Assembly (NCBI GenBank): GCA_024679065.1
Contig: JAGIQG010000013.1
Coordinates: 50,344,001 to 50,408,000 of the forward strand
Direction: 5' to 3'
Source of the DNA: Sphyrna mokarran
Lineage: Eukaryota
DNA: 64,000 nt
Below are positions 38,484 through 51,398 of this stretch, piece after piece. The notes beneath the pieces were generated by a model that worked only from the letters and a program-made list of their open reading frames with translations, did not search any database and was not told the origin of the DNA. Positions within the stretch are counted from its first letter, which is position 1. Each line of letters opens with the position of its first letter. The translations under genes and the position numbers were made by a program.

Positions 38484-39937
38484 TACACATGATTTCAAGG
38501 ATGGACAACCATTTGGGGTCAAGGATGCATTACTCTGTCTGTTTCCAATTTGGCAGGGTGGGAACAATTAATAGTTTTCTGATAAGCTACCTCGGCATCT
38601 GCAGAAATAATGGCTTCTGAACATGGTACATGGTTAATTCCCCCCCCCACCCGCCTCTTTTCACTGCTTATCCCAACTTTCAGACTGTGCTCAGTCTCTT
38701 TTTCAATTGTTTGCCTAAGTACACACCCTCTCAATTTGAATCTTTGGTGCCATACTACTTTTTAATTTTGTGTCTTGGTTTCTCAACTTGTCCCCTGTTG
38801 TCACCCATTTCAGACAGTATTCCCCTGATCTTTACTACACCCCCAATTCCCTCTCATGGATGTGTTGCAATGGGATCCAGAATCTGAAAGGATGGGACAA
38901 GGTGAAGAGGCAGGCCTCTGTGAACTACCCTTTGCCATCAATCTGTATCATATTCCAACCATTTAGTCAACTGACCTAACTGATTGCACAGTGTATTACG
39001 TAGTGTCATTAAACATTTTTCATTGTTTATTGTGGTTAATTATGTTGAAGCAAAATTAAAATAGGTTTGTTTTGCTGATTATGGAAGTCCCACAAAACAA
39101 TTTCCAATAACCATAATTATTCTGGAGGTACAAGACATTATTGATGATAATCTTATTATTTTTTCCATTTATTAGCATCAGAAAGATAAAGTGATATGTC
39201 AGTAACAAATAATTCTGCAAGACTGCAAAACTAGTAACTTCTTGGTATTTCTTAAATAGTGAGAGCAAACAGTACTTCATTTAAAGAAATTATTCATCCC
39301 CATAAAGCATTTGAGGTATTCTAAAGCTATTATGATGGGTGATGCTAAAATAACTTGCATGATCACCTGAAAACCTTTGCTTATATATTCCAATCTTGTG
39401 GAATTAGAACTTGCCCCGGAAAACAATATATCCCTGACTATACCATCCTTGGAATTGTGCACATAATTTGTGAACTCTGGAATTGGGCATGAGGATTGAT
39501 CCTGAGACTCTGCTATGATTTTGAGTTTATTATCAATGACCTCTACAGTGCTGTGCCTGTAAATCCCAAACAGTTGTTTGACTTTCCTTTTCAATTTGGC
39601 ACCCATTCTGGGAACCACTGCCTGAAAGGATTATGGAAGCAGATACAGTGGTAACTTTCAAAAGGATGTTTACTTGGAAAGGAATTATTTGTGCAGCTAC
39701 ATGAGGAAAGAGGAAATGATTTGGACTCATTGGATAGCCCTTGTGCATTATTAAGCAGTTCATTGTGATAAGATTCATTAAAAATACTCGTAAGATTTAT
39801 TCACAGCCAGTAGAAATATATTGCCAAATGTACTTGAAATTTTTTTTCAGGATGAGATATCTGACTTAATTGCACATACTCTTCATACTGTTAACAGATA
39901 ATATGTTTTATTTTTAGGCTGCCTTTCAACCTGGAAA

Positions 39938-40019
39938 ATGAAATTTGTCATTCATTTAATGATTCTCTTGTATACATCCACCATTCAAAGCCTGAAGATT
40001 GTATCCAAACGAGGCTCAG
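39938..40019 (+). CDS. IL1RAPL1: First coding exon (signal peptide) of interleukin-1 receptor accessory protein-like 1; exon spans 39918-40019
   Basis: Acceptor ttttatttttAG (39916-17), 20 nt of 5'UTR, ATG at 39938, MKFVIHLMILLYTSTIQSLKIVSKRGS plus one G, donor GTAAGC at 40020. Aligns without gaps to the human IL1RAPL1 N-terminus as recalled ([28 protein letters not shown]), with 82 coding nt and a phase-1 intron. Closer to IL1RAPL1 than to IL1RAPL2 (MKPPFLLALVVCSVVSTNLKMVSKRNS). Confidence 0.92.
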
Positions 40020-42703
40020 GTAAGCAAACAGTTTTCAGTTTCACATTTCTACAACTTACGGCTGTACTGGAAATGTTTCTGAAACCAAATTGTAAAATGC
40101 AGTAATCAATACTCAAATTTCTGTGTAGTACAACTAGTCATCCTTTAAAAATTAATTCTTGTTAACTTCCAAGCACAAATAATCTATTGCAATTTTGCTT
40201 GTATGTACATTGCAGAGAAGTTGGAATATATTAATAGTTTCCAAATTTTAAAATATAAATGGTTCTAAAGCTTAATAGATCATCCCAGCATTTTTTTGTT
40301 GTTTACAGGTAGTTGTGTTCTTAGGCATAAGTTAAATGTTAGTTTTCGTTTGCATGGAAAATCTGAAAACTAAAATTTGCTATGACAATGTTCCACCAAC
40401 AGAGAAATATGAATGCATATTTTATTCATTAAGTTTAGCAATGATGCAAGCATCATTGTCTACTCTTCACTAAAATTAGAAGTAATCTGAAAATATATTC
40501 AAAATAATGGGAATTTTTCATAACCAAATTCTTTTTGTTGTTAAGCAAGCTAAAGATAATTTTACGGATTAGCATTCCAATCGGTTGACAGACAATCACA
40601 ATGTCTGCAAGTCTTAACAGAAAGCACGTTAAATGCTGGAGTACATATTCACAAAATTACCTTCTGTAATGTGCAGTTACAGCATCTATAATAGTATAGT
40701 AATGAAAGGTTCTGTTCGTATGAAAGAATCATTGTCTGTAAATACTTCTGTCTTGTGAAATAGTTTCACATCGCAATAAAATATCTGTAGCATTCATGAT
40801 TTTTATGGTGGAGTCTCGCATGAATTGCTCCAGAGACACTAATGGTGCATACTTGATGAAGAACTGTAGATTGTTATTTATATTCTATGAATGTACCAAC
40901 CAGATAACTCACAGACAAATCATGATCGAATATTAGAAAGTATTAGAATGGCATCCAATTCCAATCTTATGGATTTTCATCAAACATGATGCTTATACTA
41001 TCTGTTAGTTAAATTGAACTAAAATAAAACTGTTGGATATTAACAGAGGATATTCACTTTACGTGTGAATTGTTCATGGAAATTTCCAACCTTGTGATCT
41101 CAGCAGCGAGCTTCACTTGCTGGAAGTATATAATTGAATTGATAGTATGCATGCCTGACAAATCTTTTACCCAGTTTTGCATTATTTGCTCCGAATGGAT
41201 GAGGCTTCCTTCTATTGGAAGTAGGAAAATGATCCTAATCACTCTGAAATTATACCTTGGGTTAATAATATGCTAAGGCTTACCACATTCAATTATAATT
41301 CGTCTCTGTACCAATTGAGCAGAGGTTTCACTCCATTTATCTTAAAAGCTTATGCTAAAACAGCAGAACTAGGAAGCATATCTTCAGAGACTTATTGGTT
41401 TGTAAATTTCATAACTTACTGTGAATTTGCTATGCATACATTTTGTCCTCTACAAGCCTTTTATTCTAAATGTTGTAATTCCCATTGCAAATATTGCATC
41501 CTGGAGAAGAATTTAGTATGTGGAGCATGCAAACAATTTGTACATAGTCTTTTGCCACATCAGGAAGATGTATGTTTAACATTATTCTTAACAAAGCTAT
41601 ATACTTTTCGATATTTTCTCACAAATTCAGCAATGTCGCCACAAATCATGGTTGGGTGTTATGCACATTTGCTTACTTAACTATACTTTTAATAACTATC
41701 AACTTTTTATGTTGTCCAATTAGATTTTTGGCCCCCATTGGTTTGACTGGGTAAATGTGGAAGAAATATTAACTAGGTACTTAAAAGTCTCAACTTGTGT
41801 TGGTGGTTTTTTAGTTGTTGGGAACTGATTCTTGGATGAAGAAATCGAGAAAGAAATTTCATAGACAAATTGATTTCATGGCATTTGACATAACGACATT
41901 GCCAGAATGACAACAATAACATTCAATTTTAAATGTAAGTTTACAAGTGCAATACAAATAAAACACTTTCTGCAATTGAAATGTATATTTTGGAAGTTGT
42001 TCATGTTAATCTGTGCATCCAATAAATGCTGTGATGATGTATCTGATAAAAGTGAAATTTATTTTGTAATTTCAGAATTTTTCGATTGAGATAAAAAAAA
42101 TTGTAGATTGTTAAAGCTTTCAATTGATTTTTTTGTAGGTCATGTATAAGTCATTACGTAGCACACAGTCCACTTGAGTGAGGTTAAATTGGAAAACCCC
42201 CAGGAAATGTGTACCTGAATAAAGGTTAAGTAGATATTATTTAAACTATCAATTTAAGAAAACAATGTTTGAATAGCTAAGTGCACTTTTATGGGAAGGT
42301 TTTCCCTTGGGTTATCTGCAGTTAAGATAAATTGATATGTGATGCTGAAGTGGCTGTTTAAATGAAGAAATAGAAGTGATATCTGACCAGATGCCTCCAG
42401 TAACCAGGTCATATCCTAAAATTACATTTGCTTGATCTAAGTGATACGACATTTCATGTTTTCACTATCTAGTGCAGGAAGCCACTTGTTTTAATTAGCA
42501 TGGTATTTGTGTTGCATATACCACACATGTTATAGTGTTTTGTGGAATGTCATTCCACAGCACCAAGTCTGTTAGGCTAAGTCTACAGTCAAAGCAGCAT
42601 GGACTGGGCTGGAAAGTGCTACGTGTATGTTTTATACTTAGTAACTTTCTGTTTCAGCAATGGGTAACCTTGAATAATGCTGAGAATACTCCACTTTTTC
42701 CAA

Positions 42704-42785
42704 GGTAGTGTAACCAAACAATCAAAATCATTGGATTTAGATTCTGGTCTCTGTGGAGACATGGGTTTGAATCTTGTCACTGTCA
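42704..42785 (+). pseudogene. tRNA-Leu(TAG) pseudogene
   Basis: 82 nt GGTAGTGTAACC...TGGATTTAGATTCTGGTCTCTGTGGAGACATGGGTTTGAATC...CTGTCA, colinear without gaps with vertebrate tRNA-Leu GGTAGCGTGGCCGAGCGGTCTAAGGCGCTGGATTTAGGCTCCAGTCTCTTCGGAGGCGTGGGTTCGAATCCCACCGCTGCCA; A box and stems decayed. Confidence 0.85.
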
Positions 42786-42826
42786 TAGTCTGAGTAAGTT
42801 GGCATTTGGGCCAGTTGAGATATCTA

Positions 42827-43205
42827 GGGAGAGAATGGCCTTGGAGTATTTTCACTGGACTAGTAATCCAGAAAACCAGAGTACTGTGCTGGGACCTGGG
42901 TTTGAATCCCACCATACCAAATGGTGAAATTTGAAATCAATAAAATAAATCTGGAATTAAAGGTCCAGTGATGACCATGAAAACATTGTCAGTTGTTATA
43001 AAATCCCATCTGGTTCACTAATGTCCTTTAGGGAAGGAAATCTGTCGTCCTGACTTGGCTGATCTACATGTGACTCCAGACCCACAGCAATGTGGTTAAC
43101 TTTTGAGTGCCCCCCTGAAATGACCATTCAGTCCAAGGAGGAAACTGAGGATGGGCAATAAATGCTAGCCCAACCAGCAATACCCACATCCCATGAATGA
43201 TGAAA
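42827..43205 (+). mobile_element. tRNA-headed family B SINE (full length)
   Basis: B-box-like GGTTTGAATCCC (42899-42910); body matches the LINE 5' end at 59340-59650; last 65 nt match the LINE 3' tail. Confidence 0.88.
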
Positions 43206-43429
43206 CATATCATAACACGTGCTTGAAAAATCATCACTGGGTCTAAGTAAGTGGATTTTTTTTTTGCTTTGAGCTATTTCCTTCTGAAGCCATTGACTTA
43301 TTACTGAGGAAATGTCCCTGATTTTTTCAAAGTACCAGGCTTTGACTGAAAACCAACATGTAGCTTTTCACCGCACAGACCAGATCTTGAACCTCTCAGA
43401 ATAAAACAAATGAATGGATGGGGTTTATG

Positions 43430-44365
43430 TCATCGCTGTTCTGGGATGGGGCCTCAGATAATTGGCAAGACTGACTCCATTGGGATCGGATTAGCATCTT
43501 TAATTCACAACAAAAAATAAACCCCCCTGTCCTACTATCTTCACTGGCATTCCCCCAACTCACTGCCCGCTTTCCCCCCATTCCCATCCCGCCTCGCACA
43601 AATGAACCCATTCATCGATCTCCCATTAGAGCTAGCACCGGCTCTGCCCCTTGGAACAGCTTGGCACTGCCAAATTGGCACAGTGCCAACCCTATGGCAA
43701 GGGGCAATGCCAGGCATTTCCAACCTTTATACCCTCTGCGCCCTAGGAGAGATCTTCTCGACTGTTTCTTGTTTGGCCAAACATGTTGTAGTTGTAATCG
43801 CTCATTGGTGAGGTATGAATATTTAGTGAAGTGGAAATCGTGTGATATAAGTTGTTGATATTAAAATGAATTGAAATCTATTTAAATGAGGTTCCCAGAT
43901 TTTGTGGGTGGGATGTCACCAGTGAGAGGCGGGAGAAATTAGGAAACACGGAATGGGGGGTGGGTGCGATTCTCCCCAAAAAATTCTAAGCGTTAAATTC
44001 ACGTGAAAACTGGAGTATTTAACGCTGTTTTTTTTTCAGTTGGAGTTCAGACTAGAATCTCCCACCCACTGTGCCATGCAGAGGTCATCAGTGTGAATCT
44101 CACGAGATTTCAGAGGGAGAGTCTATTCCTGCTGGAGAGGTTGAAATTTATCGGCCTCTGCGCATGCTTTGTAGCCCCAAAGCATCAGATATTATTTGCT
44201 GGCCAGCTTGATCATTGACCAGCCCTGGACCCCAACAGTGCTACCCTCCAGCCCTTCCCCTCCATTCATTCACAGGCCAGTTCTGAACACTCTTCCTCCA
44301 CGTCCTGGCCCGCCCCAATCTCCTCCACTCTCCCAACAGTGACGCTCAGCCCTTCCCACCCCATT
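43430..44365. mobile_element. Pieces of the GC-rich MITE-like family
   Basis: 43962-44100 matches the reverse complement of 13920-14055; ggcactgcc/ggcacagtgcc motifs. Confidence 0.55.
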
Positions 44366-45449
44366 GCACAGAATATAGTCAGTGAACAATTATTTCCATT
44401 AGTCATTCAAAGAGGAACAAAGAAACATGAACTCATGATTCACATTAGAAGAATAAAGAGGAGAATAATGGAACATTTTCAAGTTTTGCTCAAGTGGTCT
44501 TTGGATCCAGTTTAATCAACATACATATGAAAGAACTTAGCAATAGATAAGGTGAGTCTTCCCATAATGAGGTACCTGCCCATGAGTAAGATATCAGCTG
44601 AAAATCAATGCTGTCACAAACACTTGACCAAGAAGAATATTTTGGATGTAAACAACATTGTCTTTTTTTTCATGAGCATACACATGTTGAAAATTGGTTC
44701 TGGTCAGGCTGTCACTTTGAAATAAATTCCAAATTCAACTCATAACTTCATTGGTCTTGAAGTTGTATAGTATAAATTAAGTTTTTGTATCAATTTTTTT
44801 TTCTATATATGAGGTTGTCACAGTGCATTGAGCTAAGTAAAGTCCCTCTACGGTAAATGTGTATAGTTCTGCTGCATCATCTTCCTGGATTAAGCTAAAA
44901 TGTCATGAATGATAGAACTGCTCTTTGAATTAGAGAGCTTTACTGCTGAAATTTAGATCATAAAGGATAAAGCTAAAACTGTAAGGCAGTGGCTCCTTGT
45001 CATCTATGTTGTACAGTTTGTACCTTGCCTCATTTATTTACGTGATCTCCTATTTGAATGCTCAGTAGTATTCAAACTTGGATTGACATGTTTCTGATTT
45101 AGTGATTTAATATAATTCAATAAAATTTGATATGGTTTTATACAATTTAAGTTAACTGAGTAAAATTTAAACTTGTCACCTTTTATAACCATTTTCTACT
45201 TATAATTAAAAAAGAATTGCAAATTTTGCTCACTTGGAAAGATTAACCGGAATTTGATCGTTAAAAGCTGGTCCATATTCAATTTCATAACCCTATTCTA
45301 AAATACATTTTACCATTCTGACTTATTTCCTACAGCTTAAACAATCCAGTTTAACTCTGTTCAGTCCAGCAACAAACTTTCAAAAGTTAAATATGATCTT
45401 AGAACTGTTTTAACATGTAAAAAAATGCAGAATTTGATCAATAAAGGCT

Positions 45450-45768
45450 GATTCATTTGTGGGATATGGGTGTCGCTGGCTGACCAGCATTTATTGCTCA
45501 GTCACCCTTGAGAAAGTAGTGGTGAGCAGCCTTCTTGAATCGCTGCAGTCCACATGCTGTAGGTTGACTCACAATGCCATTAAGGAGCGAATATCAGAAT
45601 TCTGACCCAACAACAGCGAAGAAATGGCAATACATTTCCAAGTCAAGATGGTGAGTGGATTGGAGGGGAACTTGCAAGTGGTCATGTTCCCATGTATTGC
45701 TGTCTTTGTCCTTCTAGATGAAAGTGGTTGTGGGTTTGAAAGGTGCTGTCTAGGGATCTTTGATGAAT
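45450..45768 (-). mobile_element. Family B LINE 3' end
   Basis: attcatttgtgggatatgggtgtcgctggc...cccttgagaa; resumes after 46440 (tgcagtgcatctt). Confidence 0.88.
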
Positions 45769-45771
45769 TAA

Positions 45772-46440
45772 CAATATAAGAACATAAGAAGTAGGAGCAG
45801 GAGTAGGCCATCTGGCTGATCTTTTCGTGGACTCAGCTCCACTTAACTGCCTATTCTCCATAACCCTTAATTCTTTTACTGTTCAAAGATTTATCTATTC
45901 TTACTTAAAAACATTCAATGAGGTTGCCTCAACTGCTTCACTGGGCAGGATATTCCACAGATTCACAAACCTTTGTGTGAAGAAGTTCCTCCTTCACTCA
46001 GTCCTAAATCTGCTTGCCCTTATTTTGAGGCAATGTTCTCTAATTCTAGTTTTACTTGCCAGTGGGAACAACTTCCCTGCTTTTATCTTATCTATTCCCT
46101 TCATAATCTTATATGTTTCAATAAGATCTCCCCTCATTCTTCTGAATTCCAATGAGTACAGCCCCAGTCTACTCTAACACCTCCATTAATAACGTCTCCT
46201 GAGTTCTCCTTCCTTTTAACTTTTTTCCTGATTTTCAAAGTATTTGGAAGACTCTCCACATCTGCTAACTGGCTGCTTTGCTTTCTATTAACCATTATAT
46301 TTCCTATAATTTTACTCTTCTCCCCAACTTGCTAGTTTAAAGTCCTTGTGACCACCCTATTTATCCTTTTTGGTGGAATACTGGTCCCAGATTGGTTTAT
46401 GTGAAAACCATCCCAACGATTCAGATCCCTCCTGTTCCAA
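45772..46440 (-). mobile_element. CR1 with large internal deletion (ORF1 end joined to ORF2 3' end)
   Basis: 46330-46440 minus encodes WNRRDLNRWDGFHINQSGTS...LN* (CR1 ORF1 esterase C-terminus); 45772-46175 is the ORF2 end and tail. Confidence 0.82.
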
Positions 46441-46924
46441 TGCAGTGCATCTTAGATATAGCTTTTAATTTGAATTAAAACATTTATTACTCATATAAAT
46501 CAAACAAACTTATCAGCTAAACTGGCCACTTAGTGAATTTGCAAATAGTGCCTTTATTAAATGTTACTTTGACTTTGAAAGTATCGTAAGAATTAAAATG
46601 GTGACTCCTCAAAAATCTGATGAATATCATTATACCCTTCCACATTTATGGCTGAAGATGGACTCATATTTTAATGGTTAGTCCTAGTGAAAAAAAATAG
46701 TTTCCCCCAATGGTGAGCTTGAAGTGCAAACTAGATGCTAAAACTTTTAACTATTTTCGAATGAAGTAGGGTGATAAGGTGGGACTTACATTCCATGGAG
46801 CAAGGCTAGTCATCCCATTTCTTGATATCAGACTCAACAGCAACATATGTTTTAATACTTCACAAGAATATTATAAAGCAAGATTTGACACAGAACCAGA
46901 AAAAGAGCTATCAGTTACAAATGA

Positions 46925-48015
46925 AGATAGTTGTAGTGATTGGAGGTCAATCATCTCCATTCCAGACATCATTGCAGGAGTATCGTAACGTAGTGTCCTA
47001 GCCCTAATCATCTTTAGTGTTTCATCGATGACCTCCTATCCATCATAAGGTCTGAAGTGGGAATGTTTGCTGATGATTGCATCGCTGATGATTGCACAAT
47101 GTTCAGCCCTATTTGTGATGACTCATATTGAAGCAGTTCATGTTCAAATGCAACAAAACCTGGACAATGTCCAGATTTAAGCTGTCAAGTAGCAAGTAAC
47201 ATTCGAGCCACACTAGTGCAAGGCTGTTACCATCTCCAACAGGAGATTATCTAACCATTGCCAATTGATAGTCAATGGAATTACCATGCTGAATCCCCCA
47301 CTATCAATCTCCTGAGGTTACCATTGACCAGAAACTGAACTGGACAAGACATGTAAATACTGTGGCCACCAAAGCAGGTCAAAGGTTAGGAATCCTATGG
47401 TGAATAACTCAACTTCTGACTCCCCAAATCCTGTCCACTATCTACAAGGCACAATTTAGAAATGTGATAGAATACTCTTCACTTGCCTTGATGAGTGCAG
47501 CTCCAACAACTCTCAAGAAGCCCAATTCCATCCAGGGCAAAGTAGCCCACTCGATTGCTGCCCCTTCCACAACATTCAATCGCTCCACCTCCAATGAACA
47601 GTGGCAGCTGTGTGTACCATCTACGAGATGCACTGCATGAGCTCACCAAGATTGCTTAAGAAGTACCTTCCAAACCTGCAACCAATATTGTCTAGAACAG
47701 CGGAATCCAAACTCTGCCTGCTGCGGGCCAGATGTGGCTAGTTTGGAGACCCCTGGTCTAGAAGGATAAGGAAAGTAAATGCTTAGGAATACCACCGCCT
47801 GGAGTTTCCCTTTCCAAGTTACTCACCATCCTGACTTGGACATATATTGCTGTCCCTTCATTGTCACTGGGTCAAAATCCTGAACCTCCCCCTCTCGACT
47901 CCCCAACAGCACTGTGGGTATTCCTACACTTCAGGGATTGCAGCAGTTCAAGAATGCAGCTCACCATCAACTTCTTAAGATCAAGTAGGGATGGGTAATA
48001 AGTGCTGGCCTCACC
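46925..48015 (+). mobile_element. Family B LINE, RT C-terminus to 3' tail
   Basis: SEVGMFADDC, QKLNWTRHVNT, STIYKAQ, tail gggatgggtaataagtgctggcc. Confidence 0.92.
47698..47755. mobile_element. 58-bp hAT/Charlie-type MITE
   Basis: 8-bp TSD GTCTAGAA (47690-97, 47756-63); 16-bp imperfect TIRs CAGCGGAATCCAAACT / AGTTTGGAGACCCCTG. Confidence 0.9.
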
Positions 48016-49492
48016 GGCAAATTTTTAAAATTTGGTTAAAGAGGTGGCATTGAAGAATGTGTGAGAGAGGGAGAAGAGTTGGAGATGTATAGATAAAGGA
48101 TTGTAGGACTTAAGAGACTTCAGAGATAAGCAGTGGGTGGTTATCGGTTGCAGTATGTGATGGCGTGATTTTATTTGAAGTGTCTTCCATTAGATAGATT
48201 GATAATTAAGCACATCTTGAACTTTGAAAAATAATATACAAACAAGGAGCCATTCAGCCCTTCAAGGCTTTATCATTTTTTCCTGACTAGCTATCTTTGA
48301 ATCAGATATAGTTGTCATTAGTTTGGATATGAGGATTTGAAAGCTGTGGAACCAATGAAAATGTTATAATTATACTTTATAACTTGCTGCTTGCTATAAG
48401 CTTTTATTTCTCAAATGCAATCTTAAATTAGAATTTTGCTTTGGAACTGGCATGGAGGGGAATGCTTCTCAGTCTATGGAACTTACCAATTTACTGTCAC
48501 TTAAGTTAATGAATTAATGGGGAATCATCATCAATATCTTTGATTTATGGAAAAGCCTCTTAGGATTTAACGTCATGGTACTGCTCAGCATTATCCAAGT
48601 AACAATATCCAATAAAGTTAAAAGTTGGAAACTCTGTGCCAATACTTCTGTCAATTCAAATATAATGTGATGAACTTTGCTGATTCTAATTGAAGCTCTA
48701 AGTGATTCAGTCACCACGGAAAAAGCTTACATTTCAATCAATGGAACTGTGAATCCATGGTAACCATTGTCACAGAGCAACATTTGGTTTCAGATGTTAC
48801 AAAAGGAAAGTTTCACTAAATTACATACTTTCCTGGAAGAAGAAGAATGGCACAAAACAAACAGTTCTGAGTGATGACAGAAACAAGACAGGATAATAGT
48901 GAATTCATCACCTTGAAGTCAGCAAGGGGTGGGATGAAGGAGCAATCTACACCGAAAATTATCTTCACAGCATTTTCCTTTATCACAGAACAAATGCAGT
49001 GGTGATGAAAGGTAAATTTCTTTTGAATCCAAATTGGAGTTCAGTTCCTCACCTTTCTTTACTCTTGCATATTTTCACAAATTATGGAATCAAAATTGCC
49101 CTGCTGCAAGGCTTAAAGATAAATCCAGGAGTGATTTCTTTAAGGACCATTGGTTCGGTTCCTTGAGACTGAAATCACCAGTCAGAGCTTGTGCATGGCA
49201 AAGTCTCTGCAGTATAAACAGATGTACTAGTCTACATCAGAGATTAGGCATCATTTCAATACTGACATTAGGTATCTGCTCAGTTCAGGCAGACACTGGA
49301 TCTTTGTCCAAACACCCGTGTAAATTGGACACAATCATTTGGTCTGGTCAGATTATTGCTGTGTTTGTTTTTGATGAATTAAATGGATTCACAATGGTTT
49401 TATACGTATTTCCTAGCATTGTAGAGATTTCAAAAGTCTCGTATGCTTTTAAATTAATGGAAGATTTGTAATAGCTATAAAAAATGTTATGG

Positions 49493-49626
49493 AAGCACAG
49501 AGAATAGAAGCCAGCGGTAGCCATTTGGCCTTTCGAGCCTTCTCCACTATTCATAATGATCATGGCTGACCATCAAATTCAATATCCCGATTGTACCTTA
49601 TCCCTTGATCCCTCTCGCCCCAAGAG
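49493..49626 (-). mobile_element. CR1 3'UTR fragment
   Basis: gccatttggcctttcgagcc...gatcatggctga. Confidence 0.8.
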
Positions 49627-49687
49627 CTTAATCTTGTGTTAATAGTTCCACAAGTTGACTAACTGGTTTGCCTACCTTAGTACATTA

Positions 49688-49993
49688 AAGTTTTAAAGAT
49701 TATTTATTAGTGTTGCAAGGCAGATTACATGAACGCTGCAGTGAAGTTACAGTGAAAATCCCCTCTGCACTCAGGCGCCTGTTTGGGTACACTAAGGGAG
49801 AATGTAGCATGACCAATGTCCTTAACCTGCGCATCTTTCAGACTATGGAAGGAAACTGGAATGCCTGGAGGAAAACAATGCAGACAGAGAGAGAATGTGC
49901 AGACTCCCCATAGACAGTGACACAAGTCAGGAATCAAACCAAGTCCCTGGCACTGTGGAGCAGCAGTGCTAACCACTGTGCCACCATGCCCCC
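49688..49993 (-). mobile_element. V-SINE with non-CR1 tail
   Basis: Head ggcatggtggcacagtggttagcac; same tail as 12830-13090. Confidence 0.9.
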
Positions 49994-51004
49994 CCTTAAT
50001 TAATGGAAGCATTGATGCATGAAACACAACGTAAACAGAAAAACGTGTTCCTTCCCAAAAGTTGCAGAATACTCATGATTTCTTAAAAGATGTTGCACAT
50101 CATGGCATTGTTATCTATTCCAATTATAACTTTGCTGCCAGGTTTACTTGGACAATAGGATAAACTTGCTTGTTGAGACTTCAATTCAGCAGTCCAAGTT
50201 TTTGAGATCTAAACAAGCCCTGAGGCCTCTCATTAGCTTTTGAAAGGGATCTACCTGTTTTAGATTTAAGTGGCTCAATGGAATTGATAAATTTTCTAAG
50301 ACCCAAATCAAATGCTCTATAGAGACTCTGGGCATAGTCCTGTTTGAATTGGAATTCTTTTTCTGATCAGTGGTGACCAGTTGGTACCTCTAAAGTAAAC
50401 ATTTAGATTAAAGTAAATATGCAGGTCCAAGGAAACCCTTATTCAACACCATTGTATTACTCCCTCATGAGCTACAGCAGTGAACCTCAGGCTATCCTTT
50501 AGTCTGACTCTGTGTTCATCCTAATGTTGTCGCATAAATGTACTTGGAAACTGTTAAAAATATTTTTTCCACTCAGCAATAGAATGACTACAGATAGTTA
50601 CACAGGTTTTTAATATTGGCACCATATATCAAGAAATAGCCAGGAAGCATATTGAGCATTTCCTGTGAGCAATGTGTACAGTTTTAACAAATCATGGCCT
50701 AAGTTAATTAATCTCAAACAGAAATCAATAACCAGTAATAAAATTTCAAAATAAAACTTTGAGGTTCCATTCCTGATCCCCAAATCATTAAGTAACAATG
50801 ACGTAAATCTAATGGTACATTATCCCATTTTGTACAGTTCCATCCTCGAGACAGTTGCTTCTATAAAGCACTTGAACATCAATACTCATACTTTTCTCTA
50901 TCTTTATAACCTGCAATTTTGTTCTTAATCAAAAATTCATCCAAATCCTTTTAAATGGAGTTAATCAATGTGGCAATCGTTACTTTTTGATGAGATTTAT
51001 TCAG

Positions 51005-51398
51005 AAGGAAAGAAAACCTTGCATTTTAAGGATCTTTCAAGTCTTAACTATGATCAAAGTGGTCACAGCCATTAAAATATTTTCTGAAATATATATAATA
51101 GATCCTGTTCTGTAATTAAACATAATAGACAATCCTGCGCAGCAAATAATACCATAAACAACAATGAGATGAATGACCAATCTGTTCTTAAGGGTGAGGG
51201 ACAAATGCTGGCAGGACACTGAAAAGACTCACTTAAGTTTCTACAAATAATATCATGGGATCTTTTACATTTTCATGAGTTTAATCTTCATATGGAAGCT
51301 GTCTTTTCTAATAATGCAGCAGCCCCTCGGCACTACATTAAAGTATCAACTTAGATTCTGTTCGAAAGCAGACTTGAACTCACAACTATCTGCCTCAG
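51005..51398 (-). mobile_element. Deu-SINE (AmnSINE1/SacSINE1-like), near full length
   Basis: catgggatcttttacat, aatgcagcagcccctcggcactacatt, aatgaccaatctgtt and the L2-type tail. Confidence 0.78.

Noticed and set aside
42827-42915. Functional tRNA genes at SINE heads (also 20990, 57833, 59692)
   Set aside because: Only A/B-box remnants without a cloverleaf; each continues into a SINE body.
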